A DNA stretch of 64,000 bases. It comes from Nanobdellota archaeon (GTDB taxonomy: Archaea; Nanobdellota; Nanobdellia; Woesearchaeales; GW2011-AR9). The position numbers and the translations under genes are program-made. The stretch lies in NCBI GenBank assembly GCA_038044525.1, contig JBBSZV010000033.1, positions 7,131 through 71,130 on the forward strand, given 5' to 3'. Below, one piece after another: positions 9,792 to 17,989 of the stretch (positions within the stretch are counted from its first letter, which is position 1; every line of letters starts with the position of its first letter). Below the pieces are notes generated by a model. That model saw only the letters and a list, made by a program, of their open reading frames with translations, searched no databases and was not told the origin of the DNA.

Positions 9792-10267
9792 TGAAAAAAA
9801 AATCGTCAAGATACGATCAAGTCGATGTATTGGACGTTTTGAAAAATGAAATCGATGCCGTCGAAGAAACGCTTCGTAAAGTAGAAGAATTTTATAAAAA
9901 GGATATGCGAAAGCTGGACCGGCTTTCCGATAAAATTGCTGAAATCGGCGGCAGCTGGGGATTCATTTTCGGATTCTTTATTTTCCTGGCCATCTGGATA
10001 ATTATCAATACCATCTTCCTGATGGAACGCCCCATAGATCCTTATCCGTTCATTCTTTTGAACCTGTTTATGTCTATGCTGGCTTCCATCCAGGCGCCGG
10101 TAATACTCATGAGCACCAATCGGTCTGCAAGGAGGGATCAGGCCAGACTGGAAATCGATTTAGAGAAAGACTTGCGAGACTTGCATATCGATAGGAGTTC
10201 TCACGTCCTGTTATTAAATATGCATAAAGACATCATCTCCATCAAGAAAAAACTGGGCATGAGATGA
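9791..10267 (+). CDS. DUF1003 membrane protein
   Basis: GGSWGFI...DPYPFILLNL...IQAPVILMS signature. Confidence 0.85.
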   Translation: MKKKSSRYDQVDVLDVLKNEIDAVEETLRKVEEFYKKDMRKLDRLSDKIAEIGGSWGFIFGFFIFLAIWIIINTIFLMERPIDPYPFILLNLFMSMLASIQAPVILMSTNRSARRDQARLEIDLEKDLRDLHIDRSSHVLLLNMHKDIISIKKKLGMR

Positions 10268-10273
10268 ATCAAA

Positions 10274-10491
10274 ATCCCCACAGCACAAGAAATACAATAT
10301 TGGTTGTATTTCTGTGCAGAAATGAGATATTTTTCTCATTTCTTGCAAGCTGTGGGGTATGAGATGTAACTACAGCTTTGCTATTTAGCGTGGGTATTTT
10401 GGTGCAAAAAGGGATAGATTTCCCTTTTGCACAGAAGGACTTTGTCCTTCTTGTGTTGCTTTCGTATCCCCACTGCAAGCAGTGGGGGTAT
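10274..10491. mobile_element. Palindrome-bounded non-coding element (IS200/IS605-end-like MITE) with nested double-hairpin inserts
   Basis: ATCCCCACAGC[62-nt insert]AAGCTGTGGGGTAT at 10274-10360 and ATCCCCACTGCAAGCAGTGGGGGTAT at 10466-10491. Second double hairpin at 10402-10455. Confidence 0.5.
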
Positions 10492-10636
10492 ACTCATCAA
10501 CAATTAAGGAAGTTCTATCTGCTTTTTTCGCCGGCCGCCGGTTTTCCGACACAAGTTTAAATAGTTTAAATGATGCATTTAAATAAAAATGGAATATTTA
10601 GTCAACTAATCTACTTAAGTGATGGGGGTAAGAAAA

Positions 10637-10897
10637 ATGGATCGGAAAGCAGCTATAAAAGAATACGGGAATTTAATCAACCAGGCTAGGGAGGCCAAAT
10701 ATAGATATAATGCTAAGGTTGAGCATAGGTTTGATCCTACTGAAAGAGACAAAGAACTAATAAGGGAATATCATAACCTACGTGCCCAAGCAGCAGAAGT
10801 AGCGCGTTTTGTATATCCAGATTATCGATGGGGTTCTCAGGAAGATTTAGAGAGCGTGGTAATATGTGATATGACCAATTACTTAAAGTGGTGGTAG
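10637..10897 (+). CDS. Hypothetical protein
   Basis: ORF MDRKAAIKEY... after a GGGGT SD-like sequence. AT-rich. Confidence 0.6.
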   Translation: MDRKAAIKEYGNLINQAREAKYRYNAKVEHRFDPTERDKELIREYHNLRAQAAEVARFVYPDYRWGSQEDLESVVICDMTNYLKWW

Positions 10898-10909
10898 AAA
10901 GTTTATTCT

Positions 10910-11341
10910 TCACTTCAGTCCGGTGCTGCCGAATCCGCCCCGATTTTCCCGGTTAAATGAATCTACTTCTTCAAACTGCACCTGATCGTAATTCACCAAG
11001 ATCATCTGGGCGATGCGCGTTCCGCGTTCAATGATGACCTCTTTATCGGTAAAATTAAATGCCGCAAAATGATATTCATCGTCATCACCGCAGAAATCCG
11101 CGTCGCCTACTCCGATACTGTTAGCCGCAGTGATGCCTAATTTATGAGTAGAGCTTCTGGGCGCCAGCATCACCCAGGTTCCCGGAGGGATCTCTAAAAC
11201 CACGTTCAGCGGGATGTAAGTAATTTCTTTTGGTTTTATGGCGACGGTCGTTCTGGCATAGACATCGAACCCGGCAGCGCTTTTAGTTTTGTACTGGGGT
11301 AAGGGCAGAGTTCTGTCAAGACGTTTGATGCGGATTTTCAT
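10910..11341 (-). CDS. dut: Trimeric dUTPase
   Basis: AAGFD, PRSS, GVGDADFCG, RIAQM, RGGFGSTG motifs. Confidence 0.93.
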   Translation of the reverse strand: MKIRIKRLDRTLPLPQYKTKSAAGFDVYARTTVAIKPKEITYIPLNVVLEIPPGTWVMLAPRSSTHKLGITAANSIGVGDADFCGDDDEYHFAAFNFTDKEVIIERGTRIAQMILVNYDQVQFEEVDSFNRENRGGFGSTGLK

Positions 11342-11380
11342 GGCGACACTTTTTGTATCCTATGCGAGATAAACTTAAGG

Positions 11381-12124
11381 TTATTCCATCTTCCGGCAAA
11401 AAGTTATGAACCCGGTATGTCCCAGCATCTGGAATTCCGGGCGCATGATCTGGTCGTTGATGGCCCATTTGCGTTCCAGCAATTCAACGGTTTCCAAAAC
11501 TTTGAACGAAGTCCCTTTAAGCGAATCGAGGAATCTTTTTACTTGGGTCAAGTTCGGGAGGTAACTGACTAAATATCTTCCGTTCTTCAGCGCTTTTTCC
11601 GCATGGCCGACCGCCCGCCAAGGTTCCGGCAGGTCTAAAGTGATAAGGTCCAGATTTTTCTCCCTGATGCCTTTGTAGATGTCGTCCTGCTTAAGGACCA
11701 CATTCTGCACCCCCGAAAGAGCGATATTCCGATAGACTATCTTGTGGTGTTCCGGGTTTATTTCGTAAACGGTCACTTTCTTGCAGATATTCGCCAAAGC
11801 CAGGCATAACGAGCCGGAACCGCCTCCAGCATCAACTACTTCCCATTCTTTAGCCATCCCGGTCTTGGCCATGATCAATCCGGCGTCTTTCTGCAGGATG
11901 ATCTGCGGCCCGCGCTGGAAATTTTCCCATAGATCGACAAAGGATGCATCCATAAGATGGAATGTTTTACCTGTGCTTGATTTTATCAGGCTTTTTGGGC
12001 CCTTTAAATCCTTGCTCTTGATGGTGCCTGAAGAAGTATAGAAGTCTTCATCAGAATTTTTTATCAGGAATTTCTTGCCGGTCGATGGTTCAATCAGGAT
12101 TTTCGGATCGCTTTTACTGGCCAT
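11381..12124 (-). CDS. trmI: tRNA (adenine-57/58-N1)-methyltransferase
   Basis: RGPQIILQKDAG, DAGGGSGSL, LDLPEPW, RPEFQMLGHTGF. Confidence 0.88.
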   Translation of the reverse strand: MASKSDPKILIEPSTGKKFLIKNSDEDFYTSSGTIKSKDLKGPKSLIKSSTGKTFHLMDASFVDLWENFQRGPQIILQKDAGLIMAKTGMAKEWEVVDAGGGSGSLCLALANICKKVTVYEINPEHHKIVYRNIALSGVQNVVLKQDDIYKGIREKNLDLITLDLPEPWRAVGHAEKALKNGRYLVSYLPNLTQVKRFLDSLKGTSFKVLETVELLERKWAINDQIMRPEFQMLGHTGFITFCRKME

Positions 12125-12159
12125 CTATATTTTAGATGCCTTTTTATTTAAAAATTTAC

Positions 12160-12519
12160 CTAAAATCCGCGTTGTTTAAAGAAATCTCTGATATATCCTG
12201 CGATCAAAGCGTCTTGGCGCAGATGATAGTACGCCCACCAATCAATCTGGGTGTCTCTGAAACTTCGCGGCGGGTCTAACCACAAGTCTTCGTAGACGTG
12301 AAGCCATTCGTGGACTATGGTATGGTCCTCGGCGGCTTTTCCATATCGATATTTGACCGCCGGATTTATGTAGATTATATTTTTGATGGGATTCCATTCC
12401 CCCCAAATATTCCTATGTTCAGTGATCGAATGGTTGCGGTCATAACGCATCTCCGTCCCTTCTGCAATCAGCTCTTCTATCGAATGGCGGTTAAATTGTT
12501 TTAATGGCGAGATGAGCAT
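12160..12519 (-). CDS. Hypothetical HEXXH protein
   Basis: IYINP...TIVHEWLH motif. Confidence 0.6.
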   Translation of the reverse strand: MLISPLKQFNRHSIEELIAEGTEMRYDRNHSITEHRNIWGEWNPIKNIIYINPAVKYRYGKAAEDHTIVHEWLHVYEDLWLDPPRSFRDTQIDWWAYYHLRQDALIAGYIRDFFKQRGF

Positions 12520-12573
12520 AGATCATATCTGTCCGGTCAAAATTTATAAATATACCACTGATAGTCCATATAC

Positions 12574-13113
12574 ATGGCCTTCGACAACGAAAAGAAAACT
12601 TTCCTCTCCAAGACCGATAAAAGCAAGAAGGGGAGCATCGATGCAAAGATCATCCCCCTGCTGAAAACCATCAATGAGAAAAAAGATTATTACACCACTT
12701 CTTCCTGCTCAGGGAGAGCGTATCTTTGGGAAGGTTCCGGTAAAAAATCAGAAACGCAATGGCTGAAAGTGAGCCATGACCCGATAGGGGTGGATTTTTT
12801 TGAGACGGCGGATAAAAGCATGGTGTGGCTGCGGCTGGAAGGTATGATACTGCACGTAGCCTGTCGGGACCTGGAAGCGGCCAATGTTCTCTTGGATAAA
12901 GCGAGGAAATATTACAAGAAGAGTTCCATCCTAAGCGCCAGCAATAAAATAATTGTGGAATTAAGGGGCAGCGAAATCGTAGAGATGCCATTATATAAGG
13001 ATGGCAGATCATTGTTTTCCGGAGATTTAGGCTGGCTGCGGGATTTGATCAACAGTAAATTAAGCCGGATGTGGGGCACTTTAGAAAAGTTCAGAAAAGA
13101 TATTCGGGATTGA
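12574..13113 (+). CDS. taw3: tRNA wybutosine-pathway methyltransferase Taw3/TYW3
   Basis: DKSKKGSID, YYTTSSCSGR, ILHVACR. Confidence 0.9.
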   Translation: MAFDNEKKTFLSKTDKSKKGSIDAKIIPLLKTINEKKDYYTTSSCSGRAYLWEGSGKKSETQWLKVSHDPIGVDFFETADKSMVWLRLEGMILHVACRDLEAANVLLDKARKYYKKSSILSASNKIIVELRGSEIVEMPLYKDGRSLFSGDLGWLRDLINSKLSRMWGTLEKFRKDIRD

Positions 13114-13186
13114 TGCTTAAATTAGATTAAATATTTAAAAAATAAAATGAAGATAATAAAAAAATAAATTTAATAAAAAAGAAGTT

Positions 13187-15574
13187 TTACCTTCTCCTAG
13201 TCAGCAATACTACCATCGACAATACTGAAGCTACTGCCATCAATATTACCAGCACTCCTAAAAGCATGGTGTATTCCCCGCTTTCCCGGAAAGAAGCTTT
13301 TACCACGGGCTGCGCTTGAGCTCTTCTGTATTCCTCAAGGCTTTTCTGCAGTTCGTTTTTCAGCTTCTCGTCAGCGTAATATTCTTTATTTCCGCTGGCG
13401 GTGGATTCACCGAGGCATTCCTTGACTTCCAATTCTACATCTTTGGAAGCGACGACATCGTTGTCATCCAGCACTTCCACCGTCAAGGTGTAGATGTCGG
13501 CATCGGCATAGGTCAATTCCAGATCGAATGTGGTTTCGTATTCGTTATCATTTCCGCTGTAATCTTCCAGATCGATGTTGGATTTGCTCAAATCCAGATT
13601 CAAGTCGTTGCTGCGGACTCTCAGCTTCAGGTTGTTGAATTCCTTATCGCTGTTGTTCTTGATGGTCACGTAAAGGGTGGTTTTAGCCGAGCACTGCAGT
13701 TTGCTGCTGCTCAATTCCGCTTTAGTGATGGCCACTTCTTCGTCCCCGCGGTCAACCTGAACGGTTAAAGTTTCAACCGTAGTGTAATCATTGCTGCCTT
13801 CAGAACCTTCAACAGTGATCTCTAAAGTGTATTCGTTTTCGTCAAGGTCTTCATTCTGAAGATCCAGATCCAAAGTCACGGTCTCTTCGTCGCCGTTTCC
13901 AAGGCTGTCTCCATTTTCAAACAGATCTTTCTCGACGCTTTCAAGGTCATCGCCGTCTGCATCTAAAAGGGCAACGGTCACTCTTACGTCATCCAGATCT
14001 TTAGTATAATCGTTCCTGACTTCAACTTTGATCTCGTTGCTTTCTGACAAGGAAAGACCGCCATTAGTTTTGCCGTTCACTTTGACGCTGGATACTTTCA
14101 GGTAGTTTTTGGGGTGCACTACGATGTTTGCTTCCTTAACTACCGGAGTATCGTTGGCGTCAGTGCCGGTAACTTTCAGTTTTCCAATGACTCCGCCATC
14201 TTCGTCTTCAGGGATATCCAGTTGGATAGTTACTGATGCTTGTTCACCAGCATCAAGAGTTTGTTCCAGAGTGGATAAGCCGTCAGTAAATGCGGCGCCG
14301 TACTTGGAGGCAACATCTACAAATGCAACTTGAACATTTGTCAATTGTTCAGATGAGCCGATGTTTTTGATCGTTACCTGCTTGGTCAAATCGTCCGCTC
14401 CCAATTCCACATCCGCGAAAACAATTTCCGAGATAGTAAAATCAGCCGGGTTGTCAGCGACTTCGACGTTCCATAACTTTTCAAGGTTAACGTCTTGTCC
14501 AGTAATCGAAACTTTTACGGTGTGCTGGCCCAGACTTAAATTAAGGCCGGTCGGGGCAGGATCTAAAACAAAAGTGTTGGTTGCTTCATTTTGCACAGCA
14601 GTATCTACGCTCCACTCGTAGGTTAAATCTAAATCTTGGGGGTTGTTTACCTCGACATTAAACGCTTGGGTTTCCTGCTTGTCAACTACCACCGGACTTT
14701 GTGGAGATGCAGAAGCGATATTCACTATGCAATCTTCTCCGGAAACAGTAAGAGTTTCAGCGTCATATACTTTGTCTGGAAATTGATTCTCACGGTATAC
14801 TTTTAGAGTTAATTGGTGTTGTCCGGTAATCGCCGCAACATTTGCTGGACTTAAGGTAAAAATTACAACTTGGTCTGCCGGATTATTTGATTCCGTTTCA
14901 ATGGTTGTGTTTTGTTCTAAATCCATCCCTAATGCTTGGTTAGTTAAAGTAACTATTACATCGGTAGGATCTTCAAGCCCATTATTGACTAATTTTGCTT
15001 TAACTTGGATGCTCAGTTGTTTTTCCTGACAGGTTAGTTGGCCGATCTTTTCGACGTTTCCAACATATAGCTTGAGATTATCCACAACTACGTTATTTAA
15101 TTTCTGTTCTACTTTTAATAAGAAGCTTTGTGAATCGCCAAACGGATTATTCGCTTCGTCTTCTCCTTCGATATTGAATTCAACGGAGTAAGTCTCTAAT
15201 CCATCAACAGTATCTAAACCTGCCGGAATTTCGTAAGTATAGGTAACTTCCTTTTCTTGATTTGGCAGTAAGTGAGATGGCGCAGGCGTGCTGGGGAAAT
15301 CAGTTAATTCAGCGTCGACAAGCGCAGTAATCACTAAATTTTCGATGGTTACAAGGCCATTATTCTTAACCTTCATCTTAACCGTAATTTCATCTCCCGG
15401 CTGGAAAGCAGCAGTTTCATTTCCGTCATCATACGAAACTAAAGTTTCACCGGTTTTTCCAACTTTTATGTCGGTTATCTCTAAGTTATTCGGAAGAACC
15501 GCAAAAGCGCTCCCGATAGTTATCAGCAATGCAAATATCACCGCTGCCGTAAACATTATTTTTTTGGTTTCCAT
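13187..15574 (-). CDS. Acidic cell-surface protein with tandem Ig/CARDB-like repeats and C-terminal TM anchor
   Basis: Signal peptide, repeated beta-sandwich motifs (V.V.N.G), C-terminal hydrophobic helix followed by RRR. Confidence 0.8.
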   Translation of the reverse strand: METKKIMFTAAVIFALLITIGSAFAVLPNNLEITDIKVGKTGETLVSYDDGNETAAFQPGDEITVKMKVKNNGLVTIENLVITALVDAELTDFPSTPAPSHLLPNQEKEVTYTYEIPAGLDTVDGLETYSVEFNIEGEDEANNPFGDSQSFLLKVEQKLNNVVVDNLKLYVGNVEKIGQLTCQEKQLSIQVKAKLVNNGLEDPTDVIVTLTNQALGMDLEQNTTIETESNNPADQVVIFTLSPANVAAITGQHQLTLKVYRENQFPDKVYDAETLTVSGEDCIVNIASASPQSPVVVDKQETQAFNVEVNNPQDLDLTYEWSVDTAVQNEATNTFVLDPAPTGLNLSLGQHTVKVSITGQDVNLEKLWNVEVADNPADFTISEIVFADVELGADDLTKQVTIKNIGSSEQLTNVQVAFVDVASKYGAAFTDGLSTLEQTLDAGEQASVTIQLDIPEDEDGGVIGKLKVTGTDANDTPVVKEANIVVHPKNYLKVSSVKVNGKTNGGLSLSESNEIKVEVRNDYTKDLDDVRVTVALLDADGDDLESVEKDLFENGDSLGNGDEETVTLDLDLQNEDLDENEYTLEITVEGSEGSNDYTTVETLTVQVDRGDEEVAITKAELSSSKLQCSAKTTLYVTIKNNSDKEFNNLKLRVRSNDLNLDLSKSNIDLEDYSGNDNEYETTFDLELTYADADIYTLTVEVLDDNDVVASKDVELEVKECLGESTASGNKEYYADEKLKNELQKSLEEYRRAQAQPVVKASFRESGEYTMLLGVLVILMAVASVLSMVVLLTRRR

Positions 15575-15596
15575 TTTTGTTTTAACCTCGCGAGTA

Positions 15597-17015
15597 TTAT
15601 TGTCTTCTAAAAAGCAGGAACAGCATCAGTATGACCATCACTGCTACTACCACGATGGCAATCACCAACAGAGCCATGATGTAATCGCTGGCGCCGTAGG
15701 ATAGTTTCTCTACCGTTTCGACGACTGCGGAAGAAGGCTGGCCGGAAGTATTTTCAGCCTCTACGGCCGGCTTATCCAGCTCTTCAGTATCTTCTTCTGC
15801 CACTTCTTCCTCTTCTGCGACTACCGGCGGTTCAGCGCAGCTCTTGACCGGAAGTTCTAAGCGCTGGTACTGCGAAAGCTGATTGTCATTGATGTACACA
15901 TTAAGGTCAAGGTAATAGGTTTTGGCTTTCGGGTTCTTAAGTTCCAGCGTGAATTCTTGGTTCCAATAATTGTTTTCTTTGGCGTATGGTTTCAGTTCAA
16001 TATTCTGGATAATTTCATTGATCCCCAATTCTGCATTGATTATGGATAATCCGGCAAATTCCTGGTGGTCGGTGCCGAAATTACGCAGTTCAACGTCCAG
16101 ATTAAATTCGGCGTCGCAGATGGTCACTGCTGCCGGCAGGATCTCCGCTTTGACGATGCGGACATCGTCATCATCAAGTTCGATCTCCAGCACCAATTCT
16201 TTTTCGATAGAATATTCGATGCCCTGTCCGTCTTCTGCAGTGATAGTCAGTTCTAAAGTATAGATGTCAGCATCAACATCTTTGCTGATCATGAAAGGGA
16301 TGGTAAATTCCAGGTTTTTTCCCGCTTCTAAGCTGGATTCCGGCAGATATTTGTCTTCCAGAGGCGTTTCAAACAAGTCGTCATCATCAGAATCGAGGGA
16401 TATTTCTATCTCATCTAAACTACCATCGGCTTTAAAATCGTTGTCAAATAAGTTCCGCAGGTAAAAAGTCATGGTTACCGGGGTATAAGGCTTCACTTCA
16501 TCGCCCAGATTGAAAGTGGCCGTGTCCTGATTCTTGAACTCTTCTTTTTGCGTATCGCCGCGGTAATTGACATATCTTATCTCCAGTTCTTTCAATTGCA
16601 GCATGGAAGCGGTATCTTGGTTCAGGTCAATGCTGTCTAATTGATTGTCATTAAGATCCTTGATGACGATAGTCCCGATCTTTTCTGTTCCCTGGTCTTT
16701 TTTATGCGGCACTTCGATGGAAAGCGTCATGCTTTTCCCGTTCTCAGGGATAGCTTCCTCTTTAGGTTCCCAATCATATCCTGAAGGAAGCCCAGTAATC
16801 TCTATCTTAACTGAAGTTGCCGGACCGTCATTGGTGATGGTGAACGCTTCCGTGGTCACCACGATGAAATCATCATCTTCATCCACAAATTGGCTGTAAT
16901 CTACGTTTAAGACCACTTCATTCTCGCTGATGCCCGGTGCGGCAGCAGCAAATGCTGATAAGAATAACATACTAAGTAATACTACAAGAGTGGTGATAAA
17001 TTTAGCTCTGTTCAT
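15597..17015 (-). CDS. Acidic cell-surface protein, paralog of the neighbouring gene's C-terminal modules
   Basis: Signal peptide. DDVRIVKAEILPAAVTIC resembles EEVAITKAELSSSKLQC. C-terminal TM followed by RRQ. Confidence 0.8.
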   Translation of the reverse strand: MNRAKFITTLVVLLSMLFLSAFAAAAPGISENEVVLNVDYSQFVDEDDDFIVVTTEAFTITNDGPATSVKIEITGLPSGYDWEPKEEAIPENGKSMTLSIEVPHKKDQGTEKIGTIVIKDLNDNQLDSIDLNQDTASMLQLKELEIRYVNYRGDTQKEEFKNQDTATFNLGDEVKPYTPVTMTFYLRNLFDNDFKADGSLDEIEISLDSDDDDLFETPLEDKYLPESSLEAGKNLEFTIPFMISKDVDADIYTLELTITAEDGQGIEYSIEKELVLEIELDDDDVRIVKAEILPAAVTICDAEFNLDVELRNFGTDHQEFAGLSIINAELGINEIIQNIELKPYAKENNYWNQEFTLELKNPKAKTYYLDLNVYINDNQLSQYQRLELPVKSCAEPPVVAEEEEVAEEDTEELDKPAVEAENTSGQPSSAVVETVEKLSYGASDYIMALLVIAIVVVAVMVILMLFLLFRRQ

Positions 17016-17114
17016 ATAGCAACGATTAGTTATTTTTGAGTGGTAGTATTTAAGCTTTTTGGAACAAAGTGTTCTTATTTTTTACTAAATTGGGTATGAA
17101 AATAAAATAAAAAA

Positions 17115-17912
17115 TTACTTTTTTTTCCGATTTTTCCGATGTAATAAGCTAAGGGTTAGGATGACCAATAAGAATACGCCCGCAATGGTTCCTAATTTTC
17201 CCGCGGTGCTGGAAGTAACTCCCGTAAATGCTCCAGTAAGAAAATTACTTAAAACATTTTTAGGAACATTAGCTTCCGGTTTACCGGAAATTCCGTCCAG
17301 AGTATCAGATTCCGTTTTTTCTTGAAGGTCGCTTACTTCTCCAGTATTTTCATCTGACTCTTCATCATCAGCTAAATCTATTGTCGGCTTTATTTTTGTT
17401 TTCTTTGAAGATGAGCTGCTGCCCCCTCCGCCGCCTGAAGATCCTCCACTGCTAGGGCTGTCTCCAGTACTGGGGCTTCCGCCGTTATTTCCTGGTGTTT
17501 CCCCTCCAGTATTGGTATCTGTGTTACTTCCAGTATTATTCTCTTCAGGAGGAGTGGTTTCCGGTGCCGGTGCGGTTCCCGGAAAAGTTAGATCAAGATT
17601 AGTAGCATTTCCACTTTGGAAGGTAACTTCCTGGTCTGCATCCACAGCGCCGATATGGAAAGTAACCGTTCCGCCTTGTTCGGGGTCATCAGTTACAATC
17701 AAAGTATCATCTCCATACCCGTACTTGCCATCTTGTACGGTAGAAGTATCTACAGCATTGCCATTTAATTCAGCAGTTATGACCGTTCCATCCGGAACCG
17801 GGGAATCATCACTATACTTTGCAGTTCCGTAGAAAGCGTGTGGAATGACCAGAGCGTACACTGATGCGATAAGCGATAAAATCAGTAATATCGTGAATAT
17901 TGTTTTTTTCAT
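17115..17912 (-). CDS. Secreted/surface protein with Ser/Gly/Thr linker and C-terminal TM anchor
   Basis: MKKTIF signal peptide, PHAFYG beta domain, low-complexity linker, LTGAFTG followed by TM and a basic tail. Confidence 0.75.
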   Translation of the reverse strand: MKKTIFTILLILSLIASVYALVIPHAFYGTAKYSDDSPVPDGTVITAELNGNAVDTSTVQDGKYGYGDDTLIVTDDPEQGGTVTFHIGAVDADQEVTFQSGNATNLDLTFPGTAPAPETTPPEENNTGSNTDTNTGGETPGNNGGSPSTGDSPSSGGSSGGGGGSSSSSKKTKIKPTIDLADDEESDENTGEVSDLQEKTESDTLDGISGKPEANVPKNVLSNFLTGAFTGVTSSTAGKLGTIAGVFLLVILTLSLLHRKNRKKK

Positions 17913-17989
17913 ATTCGTTCTCCACATCTACTCCTCTGGGAAATTCGGCTTTACTTTAAAAAATTATGTAAAAAATAAAAAATAAAAAT

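Noticed and set aside
10269..10560. Short ORFs 10269-10478(-) and 10378-10560(+)
   Set aside because: They overlie the palindromic element, lack SD or motifs, and are probably chance ORFs.
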